DNA of 64,000 nucleotides from contig NC_134030.1 of assembly GCF_964204645.1 (NCBI RefSeq), positions 21,164,210 to 21,228,209 on the forward strand, written 5' to 3'. The notes below the pieces were generated by a model. It saw only the letters and a program-made list of their open reading frames with translations. It was not told the origin of the DNA and did not search any database. Position 1 is the stretch's first letter, and each line of letters opens with the position of its first letter. A program made the position numbers and the translations under genes. Source of the stretch: Tubulanus polymorphus (taxonomy: Eukaryota > Animalia > Nemertea). Positions 1 through 13,611 of this stretch are shown here, in pieces.

Positions 1-621
1 AGTTTCATTTACTCTTTTTCCCTCCCGTCACTTGAAAGACGAATGATTCTAATATTCATCGCTCAGTGTTTTATCGACGTCGCGTCGAAAAGAAACGAAT
101 CAAATTCCAATTCGGTGGCAATCGATAATTCATCATCGCCGCGAAGACGAAACGAAACCGCGTTTTAGTGCGAACCGAGCGAGCGCGCAGTTTATTACGA
201 CGCGTTACGATCGTCGGCAATCGCGCGTTCGTAATTGAGAACGAAATAACTAAATGGTCAACGGGAAGTGAGCGCACCTGCTTCCTGTTCGCGAGAGCAG
301 TAGCAGACGCGGTTCGCGGTATCTCGTTAACGCTGGATACCGCTCTCGTCCGGTCGCCATTGGCAACCGCCCGCCGGATTCGATGATAAGCGCGATATTA
401 ATAGTAATAAGAAGCGGGTTCGATTTCAGGATAAGACTTTAAGATAAGTCTTTAGTCGTAGTTTTGATCGTATTGAAGAAGTTTGTGATGAAATATTCGC
501 GGGGTTAGTGCTAGTACTCTAACCGACCGCCAGATGGCGCTGTGAATGAATGACATGTAGGTTTTATGTCAACGTCAAAATCAGATTGTTGCAGTTTTTG
601 AAATAGAGGATTTCACTTGTG

Positions 622-960
622 CATTAGTTGATGTCCTACTGCACACTAGCGACACCTGGTGGATCCTCACTTGTTACAAGTGGAATTTCTATTGCCGGAG
701 TAGTTGATGTCCTACTACGCACTAGCGACACCTGGTGGATTCTCACTTGCCACAAGTGGAATCTTTAATTGCCGCAGTAGTTGATGTCTTACTACGCACT
801 AGCGACACCTGGTGGATCCTCACTTGCCACAAGTGGAATCCTCTATTGCCGCAGTAGTTGATGTCTTACTACACACTAGCGACACCTGGTGGATTCTCAC
901 TTGCCACAAGTGGAATCCTTTATTGCTGCAGTAGTTGATGTCCTACTGCACACTGCACAC
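622..960 (+). repeat. 77-bp satellite array (CTAGCGACACCTGGTGGATCCTCACTTGCCACAAGTGG...)
   Basis: Unit starts at 646, 722, 799 and 876. Confidence 0.92.
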
Positions 961-1623
961 TAGTGTCACAAAACTTTTTTCAAAATTTGGCCTGACTATA
1001 AAAATCTTTACCAAATTTTAACGTAGGCCAAATCATCCCTGAACACACTCTCATCAGGCATGGGCCTAAATCTTTTCGGGAGGCCCGGTCCGGTACAGTT
1101 CGACCCCGTATTAATAGGCTCCCTGTAGTCGTCGGTTTAATACATGCAAGTAGGAACAAGTTCCGATCAGATATAGACGAGAACAATCAACAACAGCTTA
1201 CGAATTAGATCAACTTCTTATCAGTTGATCCCGTTATTAGATATATTATAGTTGCTATGTATGTGCGAACGTATTTCAAGTATTTGACCTTTGAGCCTCC
1301 CTTCTTGTTCTCTCTCTTTCTCTCTCTCTCTCTCTTTCTTCTTCCTGCGCGTGTATATATATGTATGTATATATATAGTATGTATGGAAAGTTGAGATAA
1401 GTCTTTGAAGGGTCATCAGATCTGATATCATTCCGCGTATGGCACATGAACAGCTTTAGTTTTATTACGCAGCTAGGAAATGATAAACAGTTCATGGATA
1501 CAATCACCCATTATTACTACTTCGTTAAGATCGTAGAGTAATTAGTTAATTGAATTAGATACGAATTGGCTGTTTAGACTTGGGTAAGTTTGATTTGCGA
1601 AATCATTTTTTTTTATCAACTTG

Positions 1624-2233
1624 CGGTTGCATCGTCATGGCTTAAATGATTTAAGACCGGTCTTAGCTTATTTAGGTTCCGCGGCCAGTCCATCAACTTC
1701 GCAGATCTGCCTAAGCAGATTTAAGATCGTTAGCCCTTCTTAACAACTTAAGACCAGTCTAAGCTCATTCTGGTTCTATAATCAATCTAACAACTTAAGA
1801 CCAGTCTAAGCTCATTTTGGTTCTATGACGAATCTAACAACTTAAGACCAGTCTAAGCTCATTTTGGTTCTATAACCAATCTAACAACTTAAGACCAGTC
1901 TAAGCTCATTTTGGTTCTATAACCAATCTAACAACTTAAGACCAGTCTAAGCTCATTTTGGTTCTATGACCAATCTAACAGCTTAAGACCAGTCTTGGCT
2001 CATTTTGGTTCTAACAAATCTAACAACTTAAGCTCAGTCTAAGCTCATCCTGGTTCTATAATCAATCTAACAACTTCAAACCAGTCTAAGCTCATTTTGG
2101 TAATCGATCTAACAATTGGAAGACCAGTCTAAGCTCATTTTGGTTCTATAACCAATCTAATAACTAAAGACCAGTCTCAGTCTAAACTTATATTGGTTCT
2201 AACCAATTCAACATAAGCCTTGACTGTGCAACC
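1624..2233 (+). repeat. 47-bp satellite array bounded by family A MITE TIRs
   Basis: Unit AACAACTTAAGACCAGTCTAAGCTCATTTTGGTTCTATAACCAATCT. Left CGGTTGCATCGTCATGGCTT and right AAGCCTTGACTGTGCAACC. Confidence 0.88.
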
Positions 2234-2559
2234 TGAATAAGCTCATTCTTAAGAATTGAGGGTTCATTGTTAAGTGCTGGAGGTCTCAATCTTAGCCTAC
2301 ATATTTGCAAGGCCGATTACCGCAGACATATTTCATACATATATGTGTGTATATAATCCAAGCAGACTCTCTTTTTAAATGCGGATACATAATTCATTAT
2401 GCTATGTTTCCATAAACAATATCTATTTTCTGGAACAACTGTCTTTGAGATTTCTATGCAATGTATTGCTTGTATATACAGGCATTTGCAAATTTTCTAG
2501 CTATGATGGAATGCAGTTTTGTGTCGGTCACCCCTTGCATAGCAAGCTAACTTAGGTTG

Positions 2560-3550
2560 TTTTTTGAAAATGCGCTGATAAAATGTCTAATATCTGGTGT
2601 TTGTAGTTCATTTTCAATTAAACATGTCTCAGGTGAAGCACTGAACACAAAATATGTGAAGTGTGGACGATCAGTTTTTGAAAGTGAGCTGATAAAATAT
2701 CTAATGTCTGGTGTTTGTAGTTCATTTTCAATTAGAAATGTCTCAGGTGAAGCACTGAACACATGTGAAGTGTGGACGATCAGTTTTTGAAAGTGAGCTG
2801 ATAAAATATCTAATGTCTGGTGTTTGTAGTTCATTTTCAATTAGAAATGTCTCAGGTGAAGTCCTGAACACATGTGAAGTGTGGACGATCAGTTTTTGAA
2901 AGTGTGCTGATAAAATGTCTAATGTCTGGTGTTTGTAGTTCATTTTCAACTAGAAATGTCTCAGGTGAAGCACTGAACACATGTGAAGTGTGGACGATCA
3001 GTTTTTGAAAATGCGCTGATAAAATGTCTAATATCTGGTGTTTGTAGTTCATTTTCAATTAGAAATGTCTCAGGTGAAGTTCTGAACACACGTGAAGTGT
3101 GGACGATCAGTTTTTGAAAGTGAGCTGATAAAATATCTAATGTCTGGTGTTTGTAGTTCATTTTCAATTAGAAATGTCTCAGGTGAAGCACTGAACACAT
3201 GTGAAGTGTGGACGATCAGTTTTTGAAAGTGAGCTGATAAAATATCTAATGTCTGGTGTTTGTAGTTCATTTTCAATTAGAAATGTCTCAGGTGAAGTCC
3301 TGAACACATGTGAAGTGTGGACGATCAGTTTTTGAAAGTGTGCTGATAAAATGTCTAATGTCTGGTGTTTGTAGTTCATTTTCAATTAGAAATGTCTCAG
3401 GTGAAGCACTGAACACATGTGAAGTGTGGACGATCAGTTTTTGAAAGTGTGCTGATAAAATGTCTAATATCTGGTGTTTGTAGTTCATTTTCAATAAGAA
3501 ATGTCCCAGGCGAAGTCCTGAACACATGTGAAGTGTGGACGATCGGTTTT
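2560..3550 (+). repeat. 109-bp satellite, ~9 units
   Basis: Period 109 (repeated 68-aa ORFs offset by 109 bp). Confidence 0.95.
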
Positions 3551-3857
3551 AAAGTTTACTACCAACATTTCTTTTCCCTTGAAAGAAGTTGCTGCTTCCT
3601 CTTTATAACATGTGTTATCTATTTGAAGTTCTAGGCCAACGACTGTTGTTCTAAGCCAATGTTGACTTATAAAACAAAAATTAATATCTGAAGACATTCT
3701 GTGTAATGCGAGGATATGTTATTCAATTTATTTAGGTGTCTTCTACGTAGATCAGACCAGTAAAGAGTCCGAGTAACCTGATGATTTTTATTGCGTTAGC
3801 TAGGAGTAAACTTATCCCAGCTTTGATCTTAATCTGCTAGTAGTGTTAAGTGTCATA

Positions 3858-3990
3858 TCCACAGTCTGCTGGTATGAGCTCAAGGCCACCTAGCCCCACA
3901 GTCTGCTGGTATGAGTTCAAGGGCACCTAGCCCCACATTCTGCTGGTATGTACTCAAGCCCAGCTCACCCCACAGTCCGCTGGTATGTAC
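3858..3990 (+). repeat. 37-bp minisatellite, ~3.5 units
   Basis: CCACAGTCTGCTGGTATG repeated four times. Confidence 0.8.
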
Positions 3991-4435
3991 GTGCTATCCG
4001 GTCGAGTGTGGTAGGGTTTCGTGCTGTGGCTGAGTCTAAGGATGCCATCAGGTTCAAATCCCTGCTGGGGGACAATGTCTCTTAATAGGCATGGGCCAAA
4101 CTTGAATCGGGCCTGATTCGGACCAGTTTTACGCGAGCCCTAATCATCTCTGCGTCATCTTTAAATGCTATTTGCCGGTGTCGGTTCAAGATTAGAGGGG
4201 TTTTTTACGTAACTATTTCGAAGGTAATTCTTCACTGATGTTTTCAAAAAGTCCGATCAGTGGATTTTGATGTTTTTGAGGGATCGTTTAAATAGCGTTG
4301 AATTGTCGAAATCGTAAAACAGCCATTATATCATTCGCAATGCGCGTCGTTCTGCCGTCATTTCAAAACAATCCGACTTAACTTTTATCTCCTCCGTAAT
4401 CAGTTTCAAACGTCTGCCCAACTATTTTTCTGTCG

Positions 4436-4942
4436 TCTGTCTGCCAGCCTGTCGTGTCCGCCAGCCTGTCAGTCTTCTATCTGTCTGTTTATCTTTTGTC
4501 GCAGCCTGTCTGCCTGTCCAACTGTCAGTCTTCTATCTGTCTGTTTATCTCTTGTCGCAGCCTGTCTGCCTGTCCACCTGTCAGTCTTCTATCTGTCTGT
4601 TTATCTCTTGTCGCAGCCTGTCTGCCTGTCCACCTGTCAGTTTTCTATCTGTCTGTTTATCTCTTGTCGCAGCCTGTCTGCCTGTCCACCTGTCAGTCTT
4701 CTATCTGTCTGTTTATCTTTTGTCGCAGCCTGTCTGCCTGTCCAACTGTCAGTCTTCTATCTGTCTGTTTATCTCTTGTCGCAGCCTGTCTGCCTGTCCA
4801 CCTGTCAGTCTTCTATCTGTCTGTTTATCTCTTGTCGCAGCCTGTCTGCCTGTCCACCTGTCAGTTTTCTATCTGTCTGTTTATCTCTTGTCGCAGCCTG
4901 TCTGCCTGTCCACCTGTCAGTCTTCTATCTGTCTGTTTATCT
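4436..4942 (+). repeat. 56-bp CTGT-rich minisatellite, ~8.5 units
   Basis: Period 56. Source of the C/S/L-rich ORFs. Confidence 0.92.
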
Positions 4943-5309
4943 CGATTTGGCCCGGATCTGGCCCGAGCCAAATTTGGCGCGTGTCTTATAAGAGAGCCAC
5001 TCACTCGATACAATGAAACAATGCTTAAACAACGTGAAGTGGTTCACTTCTGTTTGGCCCCTACTAGTTGCAATTCAAACGCAATCATGTCTCGTGCTAA
5101 AATTTGGCTCAGGCCTCATCTGACTTTTCCGTAGTGCCAAATTGTTACACGTGTGAACAGTTGTTTTCAGGCCAAATTTAGCCGGAAATTTGGCCCGGGC
5201 CAAACTTGCTCGTGTGACCGTTGCTGTAGATATCGCACAGTTTAGTGATGTTATATCCGTCTCCCGTTCAACTGACTGTCTATCTCCCTTCTGTCTCTGT
5301 CTGTCCGGC

Positions 5310-5622
5310 CGTCCGTCTATCTGTCTACCCGTCTGCATGTCACTGTCATTCTCCTCTCCTCGGCGCCAGTCATTCTGCTCCTTGTCTGCCCGTCTGTCCG
5401 TCTATCCGTCTGCATGTCACTGTCATTCTCCTCTCATCCGTGCCAGTCATTCTGCTCCTTGTCAGCCCGTCTGTCTGTCTATCCGTCTGCATGTCACTGT
5501 CATTCTCCTCTCCTCCGCGCCAGTCATTCTGCTCCTTGTCTGCCCGTCTGTCTATCTATCCGTCTGCATGTCACTGTCATTCCCCTCTCCTCGGCGCCAG
5601 TCATTCTGCTCCTTGTCTGTCT
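5310..5622 (+). repeat. 77-bp pyrimidine-rich minisatellite, 4 units (unrelated to the family D unit)
   Basis: GTCTGCATGTCACTG at 5331, 5408, 5485 and 5562. Confidence 0.9.
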
Positions 5623-5854
5623 GTTTGCCAGCAGAAATGAAAAACATGTAATCAAGTTTCTCTATGAACACGTGATTTTAAGATTATACGTATTTTAACG
5701 TTGATGGTGTCAGTTATTTTTGAAATGCGCGTCGCTCCCCTCCGTAATTACTGTGTCATTTTCACTTCGAAGGTTTGTTTTTTGTTTTTGATCCGCGCGA
5801 AAGACAACTTATATTTAGCGGGTTTCAGGTTTGAAGGTTTTCTTCAAATTCGAT

Positions 5855-6500
5855 TTAAACCCACACAACTGTCGAACTGGGTTCAGTCACGAATTCACAC
5901 AACTGCGTAAAACTGGTTTCACGATGAAATTAAACCTACACAACTGTGGAACTGAGTCCAGAATCTGGTTAAACCTCCACCACTGTGGATCTGGGTTCAG
6001 AGTCAAATTAAACCGACACAACTGTGGAACTGGTTTAAGAGGCAAATTTAACTGACACAACTGTGGAACTGGATCCAGAGTCTTATCAAACCGACACAAC
6101 TATGGAACTGGTTAAAGAGGCAAATTAAACCCATACAACTGTGGAACTGGCTTCAGAGTCAAATTAAATCCACACAACTGTGGAACTGGTTTAGAGGCAA
6201 ATTTAACTGACACAACTGTGGAACTGGTTTAGAGGCAAATTAAACTTGACACAACTGTGGAACTGGATCCAGAGTCTTATCAAACCGACACAACTATGGA
6301 ACAGGTTTAAGAGTCAAATTAAATCCACACAACTGTGGAACTAGTTTAGAGGCAAATTAAACTTGACACAACTGTGGAACTGTATCCAGAGTTTTATCAA
6401 ACCGACACAACTGTGGAACTGGTTTAAGAGGCAAATTAAACTTGACACAACTGTGGAACTGTATCCAGAGTCTTATCGAACCGACGTAATTGTGGAACTG
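5855..6500 (-). repeat. ~39-bp CCAGTTCCACAG-family array
   Basis: ACACAACTGTGGAACTGG recurs every 38-40 bp. Confidence 0.88.
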
Positions 6501-7059
6501 GGATGAATCGAACCGATTTGAATGGAATTGTGAGGTTTTTCATTTAAATTACCGCAAACCACGAGACGCGATTGAAATCGAACAGAAAAAAACAATTTCC
6601 TTCGAAAACGATTTCAATAGACGGCAATAAACGAAGTTATCGTAACGTCAGGTTTTATGAATAGAGATTGAGAGAGGCGGCGCGCGCGGGAGTCGGTAAT
6701 TTTCCGACCGAGCGACCACGCGTGCCGACTACCGATACATCGTCTGCGGCTGATAACCGCGTCATTCCGCGCCGCGCGATTAACAAATTAATTTAACAAT
6801 CGAAATTCCGTGATTCCGTAGAAAAGTCCGCGACCGCGATTTCGAGAATAATCGTCGGGATTAATTCCGACCGACCGGTTGTTATTGATGGCTCGCGTTC
6901 GTGCTCGGCGTTCGTTTGCGATTAGTTAATTAATTCGAGTTGATCGTAATTAGTTATGGATGGAATTTATTGGAAATCACGCGTTTGAAATGGGAAAAAT
7001 AATTTCCGGTATTCAAAAAGTTATTTTCCGCGAACTGAGATCGTCGGTCACGGGTTGTG

Positions 7060-8380
7060 GATACAGTTCCACAGTTGTGGATTCAGGATCCACTTCCAGA
7101 GTTGTAGATTAAGGACCTAGTTCCACGTATGTGGATTCAGGGACTCGGTCGCGCGTGTGGATATGTTAAACTGTTCCACAGTTGGTCACTCTGGACTCGG
7201 CTCTACATACAGATGCAACAACCGGTTCCACAGTTGTGGACTTAGTTCTACAGTTGTGGATGCAAGAATCAGTTCCACAGTTCTAGATGTAAGCACCACT
7301 TCCACAGTTACGGACCCACTTACACAATTGTGGATTTAAGAACCAGCTCCACAGTTATGAACCCAGTTCCACAGTTGTGGATTTAAGAACCAGTTCCACA
7401 GTTTTGAACCCAGTTCCACAGGTATATGTATAAGAACCAGTTCCACAGTTTTGAACCCAGTTCCACAGGTATATGTATAAGAACCAGTTCCACAGTTTTG
7501 AACCCAGTTCCACAGTTGTGGAATCAAGAACCAGTCCCACAGTTTTGGAACCAGTTCCACAGTTCTGGACCCAGTTCCACAGTTATAAAGTGAGGATCGA
7601 GTTTAGGTCCACATCCAATTAAGCTCATTAAGAACATTGACGTGTGGATCTGGCTCTAAAAATGGATGCTGGGAACAGTGGAAAACTAGAAGAAACAGCA
7701 GATTATCAGCCGTAGGGATCTCGGGTAGTGACTACCAGGCATTTTCAAGTGATTAAAAACAAAAAACAATTAAAACTCGTAGATCTGTCTAGTAACGAGG
7801 CAATTAACGCTTGTAATTAGTATTAACAAGCAGCTGCGGCAATAGAGCCATTTTGTATTAGAAAAAAAAACAACAAAAGATTATTTTCGAAAAAAAGATG
7901 AGATTTTCATTCACAGGAATTTGATGAACCGATAGAATGTGTGTATCAGAAAATTAGCCTTGTCCAGATTCGCTTTAAACCGGTCTTAACTGATTTTAGT
8001 TCAGTTTGGCGGTTCTGTTTTCAGATTTGGCAGATGATCAGGTATCCAAAAACAACCCCGACACAAATCCACATGTATCGATTCAGGTACTCAATTCCAC
8101 ATTCATAGATTCAGAACCCAGTTCCACAGTTGTAGATTCAGGACCCAGTTCCACAGTTGTAGATTCAGGACCCAGCTCCACGTGGTCTCTAGAGCCAGTT
8201 CCACCGTTATGTTAGAGACAGTTCCACAGTTCTCTGAACCTATTTCCAAAGCTTTGTTTTCTGGATCCAGTTCCACAGTTGAGGAGCCAGTTCCACAGTT
8301 GAGGACCCAGTTCCACAGTCGTGTTCTCTGAAGCCAATTCCGAAACGTTGTTTGTTTTCTGGACCCAGTTCCACAGCTAT
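7060..8380 (+). repeat. Two degenerate CCAGTTCCACAG-family clusters (7060-7585 and 8090-8380)
   Basis: CCAGTTCCACAGTT repeated at 18-30-bp spacing. Confidence 0.8.
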
Positions 8381-9099
8381 GGATTCCGTAATCAGTTTCC
8401 CAATTTTTCTCCTCTGCATCTGTGGAACTGTGTTATCAATTCTATAAGTTCAAGACCCAGTTGTATAAGTTTTATCAGTCTTATCAGTTCTATCAGTTGT
8501 ATCCGGTGTTTGAAGTATTTATCAATCGATTTAATCCGTTTTTAATCCCGGCTTTCATCGGACTAAATTCGTTGCGTTCATTTTCATTTTTCGAGAAATC
8601 AATCATTTCAATTTTTCGTCGACAATTCGGTGTTTAATTCGACTTCGAACGACGCGGCGGAGGTAATTAAATCAACTCGCGGAAGAAGAAAAGAGGATCT
8701 CGTGCGCGAGGGGTAGGGGGGGTAGGGACGCGGGTCGATAGCTGAGCCGTGTTTATCCTTATTATCGAGAGAGGATGAAATTTCATATTGTGTTTCCGAG
8801 ATCAAAGAGTAAAACGGATATAATCGCAACGACAGACTTTTTAATCGGATTAGTTTCATTTGTGGATTTGTATCAGGTCAATATTGCGCTCGCGCGCGTG
8901 TGCGTCTGCTGAGGGGTAGGGCAGATGAGGAGGGGGCGTTTGAAGCGAGCAGCGCAGACACTTACCTGGAAACAAGGGAATAGTTGTTAGACGACGAGTA
9001 TAAATCCAACATTTGATAGTGTAATCGACTGGGGGCTATTTCCATTAGTCGAGACTTAAGTCCATTTTAAATGTTAATACTGGTGTTAAGTCGTTGGTA

Positions 9100-9820
9100 C
9101 TAAGATGGATTTAGACTGGTCTTAAGTTGTAAGATCAGTTATAAAACCAAAATGAGCTTAGACCGGTCTCGAGTTGTTAGATTGGTTATATAACCAAAAT
9201 GAGCTTAGACTGGTCTTAAGTTGTAAGATCAGTTATAAAACCAAAATGAGCTTAGACCAGTCTCAAGTTGTTAGATTGGTTATAAAACCAAAATAAGCTT
9301 AGACTAGTCTTAAGTTGTTAGATTGGTTATAGAACCGAAATGAGCTTAGACTGATCTTAAGTTGTGAGATAGGTTATAAAACTAAGATAAGCTTAGACTG
9401 GTCTTAAGTTTAAGATCGGTTATAGAATCAAATAAGCTTAGACTGGTCTAAATTGTTAGATTGGTTATAAAACTGAAATGAGCTTAGACTGGTCTAAATT
9501 GTTAGATTGGTTATAGAACTGAAATGAGCTTAGACTGGTCTTAAGTTGTTAGATCGGTTATAGAATCAAATAAGCTTAGACTGGTCTTAAGTTTAAGATC
9601 GGTTATAGAATCAAATAAGCTTAGACTGGTCTAAATTGTTAGATTGGTTATAAAACTGAAATGAGCTTAGACTGGTCTAAATTGTTAGATTGGTTATAGA
9701 ACTGAAATGAGCTTAGACTGGTCTTAAGTTGTTACATCGGTTATAGAATCAAATAAGCTTAGACTGGTCTTAAGTTTATATATCACTCTTCAATTGTTAG
9801 GTAGGCTATAGAACTAAGAT
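9100..9820 (-). repeat. 47-bp satellite array
   Basis: Tandem GAGCTTAGACTGGTCTTAAGTTGTTAGATTGG units. Confidence 0.9.
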
Positions 9821-10321
9821 TGTCTGGAGGCTGGTTTTAATGTCTTATGTCACGTGTAATTATTTTTAAAGCCGGGTATCTTAGAAGTATTTTGAGTGGC
9901 CTAAGTTTAAAGGTGGCACTTTTTCTCGAGATTAGTACATTCTATGTATAGAAAGGCCGTTTTGATCTAAACCGGAGACACAATTTTGGCGGAATTATGA
10001 ACTGAAATGTATGCGAAAAGCGTCGGCTGTCGAGCCGGTTTTTTAATCAGGCAAAAGCAGCCGGCGATTAATTGTCGAGATATTTACGAGAAATTAATTC
10101 GATGCTATGACGGTCGGACAGCGTTTTATTTCTTTTTGTTGCGTTGTTTTTCATCAAGTTCCGGCGGAATTATTATCGAGTCGGCGATCGAAGAGTTGGC
10201 GTCTCTGGCGGTAAGCAGCCGTAAGCAGCCGTAAGCCTACGTACGATAATCCGGAATCGTGAAATCGAAATTAGGCCGGTTACTTCAGTTCGATGGGACG
10301 CGTCATTTCGGTACCGGCAAA

Positions 10322-10985
10322 CGCCACCAGACGGCGTGGATAACGGTCAGTTATACATCGAAGTCGAAATTAGTTTCTTTTTCAATTTTTCGACCGTGAA
10401 GTCTGGATTTTAGAAATCGCAAATACAAATCCGATCATCAAACGATCCCGGAAAAATATTCACACTTTTCTTCTGTTAGTGTTTGGTATAGTTTTCATTG
10501 ATAATTGATTTACTCAAAGAGAAGAAAATTTGATTCGATTTTAATTGAAATCTAGAAGAAATTGAAGAGTAACTAGGCTAGTGACACCTGGTGGATCCTC
10601 ACTTGCCACAAGTGTAATTGTTAATTGCCGCAGTAGTTGATGTCCTACTGCACACTAGCGACACCTGGTGGATCCTCAATTGTCACAAGTGGAATTCTCT
10701 TTTGCTGCAATAGTTGATGTCCTACTGCACACTAGCGACACCTGGTGGATCCTCAATTGTCACAAGTGGAATTCTCTTTTGCTGCAATAGTTGATGTCCT
10801 ACTGCACACTAGCGACACCTGGTGGATCCTCAATTGTCACAAGTGGAATTCTCTTTTGCTGCAATAGTTGATGTCCTACTGCACACTAGCGACACCTGGT
10901 GGATCCTCAATTGTCACAAGTGGAATTCTCTTTTGCTGCAGTAATTAATGTCCTACTGCACACTAGCGACCCCTGGTGGATCCTT
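10322..10985 (+). mobile_element. Composite element family D: CCACCAG inverted motif, ~250-bp core, then a 77-bp tandem array
   Basis: Core GTGTTTGGTATAGTTTTCATTGATAATTGATTTACTC...TCTAGAAGAAATTG shared with 38253-38686, 50929-51838 and 61874-62354, each followed by the 77-bp satellite. Confidence 0.78.
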
Positions 10986-11254
10986 AACACAGTAATAGAA
11001 TACTAAAACCTGAAGAAAAGACTTCAAATGTCTGATATTCGATTAAACATCTGCAACATTAAACATTTTGATCGTCTCATAAATGTCTAAGATATCTTTA
11101 CAAATTCGAAAAAATATATGTCGGGGATATATATAATGATTATAAGTCTGGGGGTCGGTCTGGCAATAACAAGGATTACGCCTATTGAATATCACAATGT
11201 ATTTATATGACAATGTCTAAGACGCATGCCAGGCAGCTGTTTCCATAAAGGAGC

Positions 11255-11417
<163 letters not shown>

Positions 11418-12214
11418 TAGGCTTAACTATGCACACCAAGACAACAGCTTGACTTTTAATCCTTAGATGAATTAACCCTTTAACATTCTGAATCTTAATG
11501 AAAAATTAGCGAATAACTTTGAAGATAGTGGTACAACATGTCAATAGGACTTCCACGAGTTTGCGTAGTGTAAATTTCCAATTGCCTGTACACATGCCCC
11601 AAGAGCGGACCAATAGTATTCACACTTTCCATGGACCAGTGGTGGACCCAGTAATATCAATGGGGTGAATGTTTATGCAGAAAGGGCCCATGTGCGAGCG
11701 CGTATGAAGCCGTACAAAACCGATTTAATTTTTCTTCAAATTAGCCGAATGTAGTTCCCTGACTAAGATGGACCCTCTCAAATCAGTCTTCGATTTAGGA
11801 TAAACGAGCGGCTGATTTTACGAAACAAAATTAGGTAAAAGTAGTTCCGTGACTAAGACGGCCCCTCCTCAATCTGAGTTTAGTATAAATACAATAGCGA
11901 GTGGCTGACAATAAGTTAACTCTTTCACGCCTAAATGGTCAATATAAATAAGTCAATCAATAATTCTCAGTCACAACAGTTGCCCATTTATTTTTCCGAG
12001 TGCAAATGTGGCGCCAGGTTGCCAGGTTCGACAAGGCTCTGATGATTCCTTTTAAGTGGCGCCAGGTTGGGTAGACACTGAGCGTCCATCCCCTAGTGTG
12101 ACATGTGGTCAAAGACATGAGTTGCAATCACAACCGTGGAACTGGGTCCAAAATGAAAATACGATGTTTTTTTAATGGGACAGGCATATTTTGGCATGGA
12201 GTTTTCAACTCATG

Positions 12215-12475
12215 GCAAGTGAGGATCCACCAGGTGTCGCTAGCGTGAAGTAGGACATCGACTACTGCGGCAATAGAGGATTCCACTTGTAGCGAGTGAC
12301 CATCCACCAGGTGACGCTACTGTTAAGTAGGACATCGACTACTGCCGCAATAGAGGATTCCACTTGTGGCAAGTGAGCATCCACTAGGTGACTCTAGTGT
12401 GCAGTAGGACATCAACTACTGCGGCAATAGAGGATTCCGCTTGTGGCAAGTGAGCATCTACTAGGTTACGCAAGT
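12215..12475 (-). repeat. 77-bp satellite array, inverted
   Basis: Reverse complement of the 77-bp unit, ~3.4 copies. Confidence 0.88.
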
Positions 12476-12904
12476 AGTTAAACGGTTTCTTGCCAAAATT
12501 CGATACCCGCTTCAGGATTCATTCGTCACATGTTCTAGAGTTAAAACAAACTTATCGCGATACAACGATATTATGTAGTTCTTAAGTCTTAGCAACTTAA
12601 CAGGACTGAACTTAGACCTAGGGACCTACGGATTAACTGATGTATCTTCTCTCAGTTACTTACGCAATCTATCAGCTATATTTCCGGATGAAGATTTGTC
12701 GTTGGATGTAAACAGACTGACTTCGATAAGAGACCGACAGCTACGGATTTATTGCACATTATTTCTGATTATGAAACGACATAAAACATAGTTTTATCAG
12801 TAGGATACACATTAGAAATCCCCGCAGGTATCAATCAGCCGCCCGGACCGACCGCGCACCCCTCTGACATATTCACTACTTTATCACCATCATTCATTAC
12901 AATT

Positions 12905-13350
12905 TTTGATCGTCCACACTTCACATGTGTTCAGTGCTTCACCTGAGACATTTCTAATTGAAAATGAACTACAAACACCAGATATTAGACATCTTATCAG
13001 CACACTTTCAAAAACTGATCGTCCACACTTCACATGTGTTCAGTGCTTCACCTGAGACATTTCTAATTGAAAATGAACTACAAACACCAGATATTAGACA
13101 TTTTATCAGAACACTTTCAAAAACGGATCATCCACACTTCACATGTGTTCAGTGCTTCATCTGAGACATTTCTAATTGAAAATGAACTACAAACACCAAA
13201 CTTTAGACATTTTATCAGCACATTTTCAAAAACTAATCGTCCACACTTCACATGTGTTCAGAACTTCACCTGAGACATTTTCTTTTGAAAATGAACTACA
13301 AACACCAAACTTTAGATATTTTATCAGCACATTTTCAAAAACTAATCGTC
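12905..13350 (-). repeat. 109-bp satellite, ~4 units, inverted
   Basis: Reverse complement of the 2560-3550 unit. Confidence 0.93.
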
Positions 13351-13611
13351 GACACTACTCTCTACTACAATGATGTATTTCATCAAAAGAAATGTATGAG
13401 TGAGTTAGTTTTAGTGGAAGTGTTTAGTAGTGATGTTTGTTTTAAAAGAGATTTTTCTTAAACCTATGTCAGTCGGGGTTTCTGAGTTGATTCAGTGCAA
13501 GGATTCCCGTGTAGAGTAGTGAAACGCTTAACACAGAGAAATATTCATCATATGTTAGATATTTTAAAATCCCCCACCAGGGGGTGTGACTAACAGGCAG
13601 TTTCTTTGGTT

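Noticed and set aside
2547-3697. Repeated MKMNYKHQ... 68-aa ORFs resembling a tandem gene family (also at 12958 and 54126)
   Set aside because: Artefact of the 109-bp satellite: TTG starts, period not a multiple of 3, overlapping frames.
4010-4075. Possible tRNA gene (also 17498-17553 and ~23860-23900)
   Set aside because: A/B-box-like motifs only, with no cloverleaf or anticodon arm; treated as SINE-type remnants.
7060-8380. CRISPR-like look of a conserved CCAGTTCCACAG repeat with variable spacers
   Set aside because: Spacers are short and mutually related, the repeat derives from a MITE TIR, the context is eukaryotic, and there are no cas genes.
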